From Ruditapes philippinarum (Eukaryota): DNA of 64,000 bases. The first letter of the stretch is position 1. Each line of letters starts with the position of its first letter. A program made the translations under genes and the position numbers. The notes beneath the pieces were generated by a model. The model saw only the letters and a program-made list of their open reading frames with translations, made no database searches and was not told where the DNA came from. Where the stretch lies: assembly GCF_026571515.1 (NCBI RefSeq), contig NW_026853088.1:62001-126000 (forward strand), written 5' to 3'. Shown here piece after piece: positions 42,452-56,000 of this stretch.

Positions 42452-45400
42452 TTATCTGAGCAAAAATTCTTCTTTAATATTCTTTAGTATGTCTGGGTTC
42501 ATCAAGATATCTATAGCACAAGATGCAAGGACCTTTGCTTGTATCAAGGCATACTGCTGAGCTTTAGGGTCACCTAAAAGTAAAAAAAAACTATGATAAT
42601 GAAGGAAAAATAAGTCAAAAGCACGCAGAAAAATAAAATTCAGTTGCCAGTAAAAATCATAGGTCAAAGTGCCATTCGAGGGTTGAAAATGACCTTTAAA
42701 TAAATAATATAATATTGCATTGCTTAAGTATGTAATGTAGCTCACTAGTACCTATGGTATTGTGTTTTCTTTGAACAGTGTCACTAGTTTAAATATGAAA
42801 ATTTCAAATTCAAAATGCATATTGACTGAAGTTTATCTGTTACAACCGTAACCGAATAGGAAAGAAATCACTAAGCCTAGCTTCTTTCTTTTATTTATTT
42901 AACATCAGTTATATTGAAACTTTTATAAATGTCTTTAAAATAAGCATTAATTCTAAATCATTATATGTTTCTTTAATAAATTGTCTTTAAAATAAGTATA
43001 AATTCTAAATCCTCACCTGCTTCTTTAGTAAATTCTCGGGTATGATTGACCGCTCTACCACCAATGTAGAAGCTAGGATGTATACTTGGAACTATTTGGG
43101 ACACATTTCCCATGTCTGTGGAACCAAGTACTGCACTTTTAACGGTGGGAACATCGTCTGTCTGTAGAGTTGCTAAGTTTGACTGATACAGGCCAGCCAT
43201 GACTTTATTGTGTAACACGGCAGAAAATGGTTGACCGACCAGTCCAACTTCAACCTGCCAAGTAAAAACGTCGATCATGCGTAATACTAAATAAGACTGA
43301 ATGTTTGACATTTAAGGGTAATCAGTTTATACACAAAGAAAATGTTTGAACTTTTGTTATAAAATGTCCTAGGCAACAACATATAATAAGATTATGATTC
43401 TGAAAAGGGGAGATCTTACGAGAGTAACAAAAGAAAAACAAATATAGAAAATCACACATCTGATTGTTCCTGTTCATAAGAAATGCATGTAATGCAAAGC
43501 GTAACATCTCTTGTGCATCACAGGACTGGTAAGATCGGTATTCAATCCCTCAGCAATAAACTTACACTCAATAATCCCTACATTTTGGAGGTTGGGGCAA
43601 CGTTTTATAACCACCTCAATCATCACAATATTACACAATTATACCTGATAACATTTATGCAAAGACTTTATATTTTGTCACAAGTATTGCAATAAAATGG
43701 CCATTATTTGTAGATAGGGTGTGACTTTAATGCATAATATTTAAATAGTTTAGTACTTGACAGCCAGTTGCCGCCGCTGCTGCTTTGTATATTTCTACAA
43801 CTTTCGCCTTGAGTGTTTCCTTTTCAGCGTCTGTAGGCGCGCGGAAGGAGATGTGTAGAACGGCTTTCTCGGGTATGATGTTCACTTTTACGCCACCTTC
43901 TTTTATAATACCTACAAGTTATAAACATACGTTCCATATTTCCAGTCTCCCAGATGGGGGAATTTGTCTTATACAAGCAGGAAATTTGGACTAAAATAGG
44001 GTGATGTTGTAAGAAGGGCGTCTCAAGTAATATATTTTCACCATTAATTCAGTAATTTCATTCTGATTTGAGTGACATTTGTAAACTATTTATTGAATAT
44101 CGCTAAAATGTCTACTTATAATTAAATTCATAGTGACAAAAAGACCGCTTTTCATGTAATGATGAATCAATTTGTATCACATGAATACAGTAATGCCAAT
44201 TATTGCAAAGATGAATTGATGACGATCTTAAATTTCATATTATTTGATAAGCATCATTGTTGCTTTAAACTACTTCATACCCCCATATATCACTTATTCA
44301 CTTATTACTGATTTTTTCTCTTATTAATATACAAGCATGAAAATGTATGAAAATTTAAATCCACGGTAAATCAAAATACAGGTAATTCTTTATAGAAAAT
44401 CAGAAATTTCTAATATTTTTACACATGGCACAAAAAAAGCAACCAGATGTGGTAAGGTATCTTACAGTGCATGCGCCAGTTTGGCTTCATTTGTTGTCGG
44501 AGACAGGCAATGCTGTTGTAACACATGACTGCAGCGTCCAGGGCATTGATCCCTTCCCACGGATAACCTGCAGCATGTGAGGCTTTCCCGGTATATGTTA
44601 CCTGTATACTGTACATAACATACCAAAATTGATATATCAAAGTTACAAAAATGCGAAATTAACTAATCCAGCTAATGTTCGTTTATATATTTAAAAGTTA
44701 AAAAGTAACAAATAACATTTTTGCATTTAGCGTACGTATTGCTAGCTTAAGATAATAATGAACCAATTTTGTAAAAACAAATATCTTTGACCGATCTTGG
44801 CAGTTTTTTGTTTAAAAAGAAAACGAATACTTCTGGTAACTCGTTTACTTTTAGTTCTTGTAATATTGTTTTCTCCACTTTTCGAACATTTTCAAGTATG
44901 CAAAGGTGTATATCTGATGCAAAAAATATTGTTTGGATTTTAAAAAAGAATACTTCCAAAATGTTTGTATAAAATAAAAATGGCAATTAATTGCCTTAAA
45001 GCGAGTGGGGCATGCACAAAGTCATTGCTAAACGGATAAAACCCTACTTAAAATAGCAAAATAATATTTTGTTCCGGAACATTTTATTCTGTTTGCGTAC
45101 ATTTTTCATGTGTATTAAATAACAGAGACATTCTATGTTACAACTTTTTCGGGAATCAGCCATATAATAATGAAACCAATATAATGTTGATAAATTTTAT
45201 AAAAATATTTCATAAGATATAGATTTAAACCCGTTAAAATTGAAGAATGTTGAATAAAAAATAAACAAAAATGTCGTTTGCATACGTTTCTCTTGAAAGC
45301 GCAATTGGCAAAACGTCATTGTCTGGGAACGGATGTGCCATCATAGCAATATCAATGTCTTCAAATGCACCTGCATTTATCAAATCTATTTTGCCACCGT

Positions 45401-46390
45401 AGCCTTCCTCTGCTGGCGTCCCTAGTACGGTTACCTAATCAAGAATGATACAAAACGCTTGTATTTTTACTTAGTATCTATGTTTTATCAATTGTTTGTA
45501 TCATATACACATATTACTGTTGTAATTTCTACTGCTGATAAATTTTTCAAACACTTTTTAACGTTGTCGAATGTTATCAATGTGTTTAAAAAGAAAAAAA
45601 AACACGTCAAGGAAGAGAGTGTTGCTGGTTTTGTTAAAGTTAAATCTATAAAGGGTCATTAACCACAAATGCATTTGCTGATTCTCGACCAAATAATTTA
45701 TGATATGGGCAGCTATATAGAATCTGATCATCATAGAAATAAATCTGACACTCAGTATATACAAGGAATATGTTATGTGAATATGATTTTCAAATAGATA
45801 ATTTTACCTTTCCTTTTATATCATTGGAAGATTGCAGCGCAGCCATTAACCCTAGACCAGCTGCTACCCCGACCTCAGCTATCAAGTTATGACCGCACGC
45901 ATGCCCAATGGACGGTAAGGCATCGTACTCGCTGATGAAAGCAATATTTGGCGTAGATGAGGTGCTAATAAATGTTGCCCGGAACGCAGTTTCCATTTTG
46001 TAAGACCTTTCAGTCTGAAATTTAAGGTGTTTTTTTTCAAAGTACAAATGTAATCAGTTAATGTAGATAACATTCTGTTATATCATCTCGTGTATCCCAT
46101 CGGCAATGTATAAAACTAATGTTTATGCAATTGATGTATATGCACATTTGTGACTGTGACAACTAATAATTGACAAGCTATATAAACATGTTCAAATCGA
46201 TTATTAAAAATAATCATACCTGAAAACCATGTTTCTCAAGGAACGTGGTAAGAAGTTTGTGAGCGTGTTTTTCTTCAAGTCCTAGCTCAGGATTGCTCCA
46301 TATACTCCCACTGATCTCTTTCAGTTCTGGTGCAGCTCTGTCAATAGCATCACATGCAGTCTTTTTCGCCTTTTCTATAGCTGATTCCAT
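42452..46390 (-). CDS. PM20D2: Peptidase M20 domain-containing protein 2-like (Xaa-Arg dipeptidase/amidohydrolase), 7 exons, 394 aa
   Basis: Exons 46220-46390, 45808-46014, 45286-45434, 44466-44608, 43757-43911, 43017-43254, 42452-42573, all GT-AG and in phase. Motifs [63 protein letters not shown]. Confidence 0.95.
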
Positions 46391-47411
46391 GTGTAATGTA
46401 TTATTTCGCAGCGTTCTTAATAAATCTACATTAAAACTAATCCGATTTACTTTTGCAAACAGAGATGTAGTATATATATATTTGATGTAATCGTGAACTG
46501 AAAACTATGTCACATATTCCATGAGATTATAATATTTTGATTGCACATATAGATCTACTTAAAAATGGAATGTCACGTTAGCTTAAGATAAAGATACAGC
46601 ACTACGTGTTTATTTACGCATCTATTTATTTTCTCTATCACGAGTTAATTAAAACCCATTGGTTATATTAAACACAGTAAGAAGTTGTTCAAGTGTCTTT
46701 ACGTACCGTTTTTTATCACTCCCAAATTATCCAATTTGAGTTGTGCATATGAATTAACGAGTCCTTATGATATGTAAGTGGATAGTGAAATTTTTTAGCA
46801 AGACATCCAAACCATTTGAAAACTCATTTTGTGTAAACATGATACAATGTATATAAATTATCATATGTTTTTATGACTTGGCAAAGCTTATGATCAAAGT
46901 TGTAAAATAAGTACATGTATAATTATGCTTCTTATCTGTAGCATACCACTTTTGATTGTAAATAATATTTCTAATAGACTGTCCAAAACTTTTTTCTCAC
47001 GGATATTGATGTGAAACGTGAACTACACAAACAGGAGTATAAAATGTTATTTTTAGGAGAATTTTAATTGAATTTGGTATATTTGAATGCATGCTTGGGT
47101 AATTATAACAAGCGAGTGTATATATGTTATGCGAGTACATGTATATTTGAAGATTATCTGCACACATGTTTACAGTGTGTCTTACATATGTGTAGATATA
47201 AATGTATTAAAATTTCATAAAAGTATTGATGTTCCAATCTAAGCAGAATGTATGTTAATTTTACCTTCGAAAATAATAAATATGCAGATAACAAGCACAC
47301 ATTAATTTAAACCACTAACAGCGATCTCTGTAGCAAAGCAAAGGGGGGCCACTGCGTAGGTGTTTACAAATTTTGCCGCGTTGTGTCCCGTTTTATGTAC
47401 CGTATACGAGC

Positions 47412-50400
47412 GGTACCACTAAAATACGCAACGGAGATTTTTTGGCGCAACGGACGCAACGGGCGCAACGGAGATATTTTTTTTTAAAAAACCGGCACAA
47501 CGCCTTTTTTTAAAGTCAATGTGCTATATTTAAGCATCTAAAATGATTGTTTAGCACTATTAAGAAAGCATGTTTTAAAATGTTTCATAAATTGTATATG
47601 TCTAATGGCACTGAAGGGTTATATGCCTGGCGAAATGGAAATTTCATGGCGCAACGGAGATATTTTTTTTAGAAAAAACCGACACAACGCCTTTTTTAAA
47701 GTCAATATTGCTGAATTTGAGCATCTAAAATGATTGTTTAGCACTTTTAAGTAAGTATGTTTTAAAATGTTTCATAAATTGTATATGTTTACACTGAAGG
47801 ATTATATATGCCTGGCGAAATGGAAATTTCATGGCGCAACGGAGATAATTTTGGAAAATCGGCACAATGTTTGTACTAATATATGAAATTAATTAACACC
47901 AATGTTATTTGAATAAATAAATTAAAAAAAAAATATTTAAAAAACTTAATCGTATATCAAATAATCAAATAGCTGCAATGTTGATGTTGTAAAGGGTAGT
48001 GTGCCGGAGAAATGGACATTTGGTCTGCGCAACGGAGATTTTTTTTTTTTTTTTTGGCGCAACGGAATTTAAAAAGAAAACAATGTTTGTCCTAATTAAG
48101 TTGTAATAAATTATGAAGAAGTAAATCATTAAAGATATTAACTGAATTACTCAAGTGGTGTAATAAAAGTCTGTTTTATTAATTTAAAAATGGAATTAAA
48201 TACGTTTTTATCGTTATGGCTAACACTGAAAGACAAGTATGGATTTTACAATCTGTTTCATTTTTTCCCTTTCAATCTGTTAGTACTCGTTTAAATTTGA
48301 TCCTATAATTTTTTAACTGTAAAAATTATTTTCTTATTTCTGCTGCCGGGAATTTTTAAGCAAATCACTTTATTTGTTAAAAGCATGACCAGTAGCAAGC
48401 AATTTGCTAACCATATTACATTATCTTTTTAATAATGATTGAAATATTTTATGCATTTTTAAAATTAAAAATAGTATAGTAACTATACAAAATATTAATT
48501 GTTTGATAAAGTTATTAAAATAGTAAAACGACATGCATGTTACTCAGAATTTGCTGTTCTTTCTATTGCCATTTTAAAACAGTAAAAAACATAAAATAAT
48601 ACTTCCCCGATCAGAAAACCCCGTTGAAATCAAATGCAGCTACTGTTTATTTAGCGAAACAACAGCAAATATGGTGATTTGAAGAATGTTTATCACGGGT
48701 GTTAAAGTACCGATAATTAAATTTACCAATGACACGTGGTTGATGTTTATTGGACACACGTTTTCACACCATTTAGAAAATGTGATTAAGAGGAACATGT
48801 ATTGACTTTAAGGTATTAAAATATTTTTTCTATAACTTGTTATTGTCGAAAATATTGCCTTTGAAGCTTATAAGCCAATATTTCACTCAAACTATGAGAA
48901 AAAATGGTATATGAAATGTGAGACGTAAATAAAACTTTTTGGAGTCTGAATCCACCACTGATGACGGTCAAGTTTTCTATTACAAGTGTTAAAAACATTA
49001 TTAAACACCCGTGCCATACACGTGCACGATACGTTGCTAATTGCTAACAATTCTCGTGTAATTGATTACCTTTTGTCAATATCATAATTATGAAATATTT
49101 GGATTGCTTTTGATGAAATATACAATGTATACGCAACAAACAATTATTGAAAAAGTACACAATGATTAATGAAAGATAATAAATTAATAAAATAATATAA
49201 TATGATAAAACTGTTATGATAATCCCCGTTGCGCCGAAATAGTCCAATTTGCCGTAATTTAAATATCTTTTACAATATCCTATTTTCAACATTCAACTTG
49301 TTATTGTCGAAAATATTACAATTGTTAAAAGCATTAAACACCCGTGCCATACACGTGCCTATGCATTGCTAATTGCTAACAATTCTCGCGTAATTGATTA
49401 CCTTTTGTCAATATCATAATTATGAAATATTTTGATTGCTTTTGATGAAATATACAATGTAAACACAACAAACAATTATTGAAAAAGTACACAATGATTA
49501 ATGAAAGATAATAAATTAATAAAATAATATAATATGATAAAATTGTTATGATAATCCCCGTTGCGCCGAAATGTGTCCATTTCGCCGTAATTTAAATATC
49601 TTACAATATCCTATTTTCAACATTTTCTAAAATAAAGGAAAGTAAATCATTTTTAAAAGACTGTTACTTATTATTCTCAAATTCTTAAGTTATGTTCAAA
49701 CATAAGATCTACCCATTATGCAAATCTTCATTTTCCGTTGCGCCGAAATTATATCCATTTCGCCGTCCATTTAAAATCTGATATATTCAGTATTCTACCT
49801 AATAAAATCAAAACTTATACAGTATATGTAAAAATGTGTATCAACAATACCAACTTATATGATTATTTTATGTTTTAGACATAAAAAAAACAGTACAAAG
49901 TTTTGAAAATAAAATCTCCGTTTCGCAATAATCCATCGGCACAACGGAGTTTATGAAAGGTATTACAACAATACAAGTATCTTATCTTAATAAACTATCT
50001 TATCTTACAATGAATGTTTATAATCAAAAAAAAATACTGAACATTGATTCTGTAATATCAACATATGACTTTATTTAGTATATACTAATGCAAATTCATT
50101 TAAAAAGTATGTATAGAAAAGCTATCACAGTACTTTTCGTAAAAATAACAAATTGAACAGGAAAAAAATGAACAGATTTGTAAAAATCCATACTTGTCTT
50201 CCAGTGTCAGCCATAACGATAAAAAACGTATTTAATTCCATTTTTAAATTAATAAAACAGACTTTATTACACCTCTTCAGTTATTCAGTTAATATCTTTT
50301 AATGATTTACTTCTTCATATTACTACTTAATAAGGCCATTTAAAATTCCGTTGCGCCAACAAAAAAAAATCTCCGTTTGCGTAGACCAAATGTCCATTTC

Positions 50401-51006
50401 GCCGCACACAATCCTTTACAACATCAACATTGCAGCTATTTTTGATTATTTGATATACGATAAAGGTTTTAGATTTTTTTTTAAATTTATTTATTCATAT
50501 TAACATTGGTGTTAATTAATTTCATATATTAGTACAAACGTTGTGCCGATTTTTCCAAAATTATCTCCGTTGCGCTATGAAATTTCCATTTCGCCAGGCA
50601 TATATAATCCTTCAGTTAAAACATATACAATTTATGAAACATTTTAAAACATACTTACTTTAAAAAGTGCTAAACAATCATTTTTAGATGCTCAAATTCA
50701 GCAATATTGACTTTAAAAAAAGGCGTTGTGTCGGTTTTTTCTAAAAAAAAAATATCTCCGTTGCGCCATGAAATTTCCATTTCGCCAGGCATATAACCCT
50801 TCAGTCGCCATTAGACATATTACAATTGATGAAACATTTTAAAACATACTTACTTAATAGAGCTAAAACAATCATTTTAGATGCCTTAAATATAACACAT
50901 TGACTTTAAAAAAAAGCGTTGTGCCGGTTTTTCTAAAAAAATATCTCCGTTGCGCCCGTTGCGTCCGTTGCGCCAAAAAATCTCCGTTGCGTATTTTAGT
51001 GGTACC
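47412..51006. mobile_element. 3.6-kb non-autonomous foldback (Mutator-like) element with ~870-bp inverted arms
   Basis: Ends GGTACCACTAAAATACGCAACGG / CCGTTGCGTATTTTAGTGGTACC; TSD CGTATACGAGC at 47401-47411 and 51007-51017; arms about 47412-48282 and 50146-51006; ~190-bp tandem units in the arms; recurrent GCGCAACGG motif; no transposase ORF. Confidence 0.92.
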
Positions 51007-51053
51007 CGTATACGAGCGTTTATCAAATTGCACCGAAGTATTCCGAAAGCGGA

Positions 51054-51062
51054 TCATGTGAC
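51054..51062. promoter_or_regulatory. Candidate M-box/CLEAR-like MITF/TFEB site
   Basis: TCATGTGAC about 55 bp upstream of the ATG of a lysosomal hydrolase gene. Confidence 0.45.
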
Positions 51063-51114
51063 GTTTTGTAATGTAAACAAACCGGTCACAAACTATTAGA
51101 AGTTACTAGGAACA

Positions 51115-52980
51115 ATGAAACTCTTGATTGCTATTGTGTTGTTCGTTTACTCACTTGCACAGGGAGAAAGATACACTCCAACATGGGAAAGCATTGATGC
51201 AAGACCGCTGCCATCGTGGTATGATGAATCAAAACTCGGAATCTTTGTTCACTGGGGTATATTTTCTGTTCCCAGTTTTTCTTCAGAATGGTTTTGGCAT
51301 GACTGGAAAATGTCAAAACTTCCGGGAATTGAACAGTTCATGCAAGAAAATTACAAACCAGGTTTTACATATCCAGATTTTGCAAAGGACTTTTCAACAG
51401 AATTTTTCTTTGCCGATCAATGGGCAAGAATATTCAATTCATCAGGTGCCAGGTAAGAGGCATTATATGATATGATGTAGACAATAGTCTTTGCATTGAA
51501 GGAGTCTAGGTATACTATAATGAGAAAGTGTACTAGATGAATAATTTTTTTATGTGAAAATTTAGATACTGACCTGCTGACATGTTCGGCCAGGCATTAG
51601 GCTGGCCAAGTTACGGCCCATGGGCGGGTTCCCGAGGGACAGATATTTCGAACCGCAAATGTGTCAGATACTTTTTTCTTGCATATTCTACCATATTCAA
51701 TTATATTTTTTAAATTCTTTACTTTAATATGACAATTTTCCATGGAAATTTAGGTCATTACACACGTAACTCTTTTCTTACAACAACATATGAAATTACA
51801 ACTTCATTCACAATGGTAAAATTACGTTATCCTTAGCATGCCATTGTATAGCACGCGACTCATCTGGCACCCCCCATGCCAGATGAAATTTCAAGCAAGG
51901 GTAAAAGAAACGGAAACGCCAGACTGATATTCAAGAATATTAATTCTCAATGGGTAAAATTTGTTTGGGTTATTTTGATATTTTTTATTGGTTATTTATT
52001 ATTTGTTTTTCTATCATGGAGCTAAATATAGGTGTATGAATATCTTGGTTCTTTGAATAACAGCTAAATCTAAAGAAGATATAATTTTAATATTAAAGTT
52101 TTATTTTGACAGATATGTTGTATTTGTGAGTAAACATCATGAGGGATATTCAAACTATCCCTCCAAATATTCCTTTAGTTGGAACTCCATGGATGTTGGA
52201 CCTCAGAGGGACATTGTTGGTAATTATAGATTCAATTATTATGAAATTACAGACTAAAATCAAACTAATATGTCTTACTCTATGAAAATTATCATTAATA
52301 TAGTAGAAAACATACAATTAATAAAAGTCGGGTCATCCTTGATTGAAATAAAAATAATGCAGAGTTTCTGCTGCAATTTGCTAGTTCCAAAAATGGCGAA
52401 AAAAATATTTGGAAGTGGCAGAAAAAACCCCCAAAGAGCATATTTTTCTTATGTATATTTAAAAAAACAACAAATTACCATTATTGACCGCATAAAATAT
52501 TTCAGGTGAGCTTGCAGACGCTGTGCGCAGTGGAACTAACATGCATTTTGGTCTTTACCACTCACAATATGAATGGTTCAATCCCCTCTGGCAGAACGAC
52601 AAGGCAGATAACTTCACCACACAAGACTTTGTGAAAGTATGTATCATATGATAACTTCACCACACAAGACTTTGTTAATGTATGTACCAAATGATATCAT
52701 TATATGCTAAACAATTTTTAACGATTCATTTCTGCCATGCTTTGAAGTTAGAAAAGTCCCTTAAAGACTTTTATATATAAAATTACGTTTGTTTTTTGAA
52801 AGAATGGGCTTAGAAGACTTCTCAAAAACACATCTGATGATTTTGGTAACGGGTTTTTGTTTGCCCCTAACAACATTGGGCTAGTGATCATGTTATTATA
52901 TCTGTGTTATCTGCAGCTTATTTTCCTATTTGTACTTTTATAGAGAAAATGAACTTTTTCAGAGACCATCTGAAAAACAA

Positions 52981-53017
<37 letters not shown>

Positions 53018-56000
53018 GTTCACCCTGCTGTTTACAAAAATTTAAAGAAACTTTGGGACGGAACGATACGCGGGGAGAATGTTTTTTAATTTTCTAAAAC
53101 AACAGTCCCAGTGAATACTAACATACATGTACTTAGTGACAAGCTTTATTTGGCTTTATAATATTGACTTTATTACAGCACAACTATTTTATGAACGCGG
53201 TTCTATGACATACTATGAAAAATAGAAGGCGACTATGCATTGAATTTGAAATAGTATCGACTTGTTCTTCTATGGAAATTAACAAACAGAATTTTTAAGA
53301 AATACAGTGTTTTCATTGGATGACACTTAAGATTATTTTAGATACACAAAGATCTTTTTTTATGCACAAAGACATTTTATAAACACAAAAAGAGTTATAC
53401 ATAATTAAACAATAATTTTACAAACATATATATATATAGGCAAAGATCATTTTGTATACACAGGGATTACTTTATATGCATGAAAATCATTTTATATTCA
53501 TTTAAGTATATGCACCAAAATCATTTTCTATACAAAAAAAAAATATTCATTAAAAATTCTAATCTTAGTTATACTGACATTATATGATTGTATCTTTTCA
53601 GTTCATTCTTACATGCCATTACAAGTTTAGATGTAAAAACATTTGAAACAAAAATATCTTTCAGATCTTTTTTCTCCCTATCTTCATTGATATTTTTATG
53701 AATTATAAACAACAAATGTGCAAATAATTATTTGAAGGCAATCATTTGTCAAAGGAGAACCTCATATTAATTACAAATGATATTGGAGAACATGTATTTG
53801 TGGAAGTTTAATTGTCATTTATTGACACTATGTTACAAGTTATCAATTTCATAACATAAAGAATCATTTGTTTACATAATTAGATAACAGTTTAATCATT
53901 TATCTTAAGACACTTATGGAAAGTGAAATAATATTTGATAAACTGATAGGTAGATAATTATTGATAGTGTTATACAACATACACCTCAGTGCAGTAACAG
54001 GTTAACTCCTGTTGAATTTTATAAGGAGTTAACCTGTTACTGCACTAACTATGACATAACTTAGTTTTTTACGTACATGTATTTGCCACAATGCAAGTCT
54101 TTACTATTAATGATGAGGCAAATCAGGTTTTGTCAAGACTACACTATAGGTAGCCCAGGTTTGATCCCTTAATCCTTTAAATAACAAAAAACAGTGTCAA
54201 TGCAGAAATAGACTGTTGCACTATCTAAGTAAATGAAGAGTCTAATCTGTTAGTCAGATATCATATATTGCTCTGATTAAAATTGTACAAATATGGATTG
54301 AGAAGCTATGAAATTCTAGATACCTGGATAAAAGTGGTAGAAGGGTGGGGTAGGGGTCGAGCAATGGACACATGATATGGAGGTTGTCTTTTGATTCATA
54401 CCAGATTTGAGATTTTATTTTGGCTTTATAAATTAAAACTGGTGCAAATACTGGCCTTTGTCCCTTAAAACGGGATTAGACATTAATGGAAAAAGAATCA
54501 TATCAAAAGAAAGAGTTAAATTTGTTAATTTGATTTCAGCATCTCACAACAAAGAAAATCTTGATGAATGTCCCATATATCTTGGAAAAAATTAATTATC
54601 ATGCTTTACATTATATTTCCACTTTTACAGTACAAGACATTGCCCGAGTGGTATGAAATAGTGAACAAGTATCAGCCTGACATTATTTGGTCAGATGGTG
54701 ACTGGGAGGCCACTGATGACTACTGGCAGGCCAAAGAGTTTATTGCCTGGTTGTATAATGATAGGTAAGACACTGTGATGTTGCCAGATTGCCATCTGTT
54801 TAACTACATGATAGGTTATACCCAGTGAAATTACAAATATACTCTTTTGCCATCTGTTACAGAAGTACAGATTATACCCAGTGAAATAACAAGTTAACTT
54901 TTTCTGACATCTCTATAAATTTTCTGACATCTCTATAAATTCTTTGACTTTTACACGAGCTCAGGTTATGCTGTGATAAACTAATCTAAGCTGGCTTGAA
55001 ATAAATAAGGGTTTGGGCCCAAAAAACTGATCCTTTATTGAACATTTTTAATTTTAAGTTTTAGGTTTTGATTTTTAGTCTTTTCAGGGGCAGTAGTTTT
55101 TAAGTGATTTGTTTCTTTTTAAAAACAATAAAAAAATTATATTTTTAGTACTTATATTTTGTTTTCCCTAAAATAAAAACAAATCCCCCAAAAAAATTAG
55201 TTGAATGTTTTTTGGGTTTTGTGAGATACATTACCAGATATGACACACATTTATAAAAAACAAAATGAGTCGCGTCACGAAAAAAACAACATAATGGGTT
55301 TGCGACCAGCATGGATCCAGACCAGCCTGCGCATCTGCGCAGTCTGATCAGGATCCATGCTGTTCACTTACCAACCCTTTTACAAGTAGAGAAACTGATA
55401 GCGAACAGCATGGATCCTGATCAGACTGCGCGGATGCGCAGGCTGGTCTGGATCCATGCTGGTCGCAAACGCACTATGTTGGTTTTGTCGTGACGCGGCT
55501 CAAATGTTATAATAATATAAATCAATGCTCACTTAAAGTCACTCAAAACTGTATCAACATTTTTTTATAAGAATATCAAAACAATAAAAATGGAAAATGT
55601 GCCCATGGTAGACCAATCCGCTTTAATTTGTTAAAGCAGGACAAAATTTAAGGAAACTTTTAGAATGTTAACTTTATTTTATACAAAATTTGGTTTAAAA
55701 ATATTAAAAACAGGACATTTTATCTGTACTGATTTTGTACTACATGTATAAAGTTTATCTGATTTTGATGTCTAGTGTTTCTGTTTCAGTCCAGTGAAAG
55801 ATAAGATAGTGATCAATGACCGATGGGGAAATGGTATCGGTTGTCGACATGGTGGTTTCTATACATGTGGTGACAGGTATAATCCTGGTATGACTCATCA
55901 TTGTTTACTATTCGCCTTATTTTTGTTTACATACCCAGCTTTTCTTATGTAAATCATCGTTAGATAATGATATTGTGACAGGTCAAAGTTCAAAGATAAA

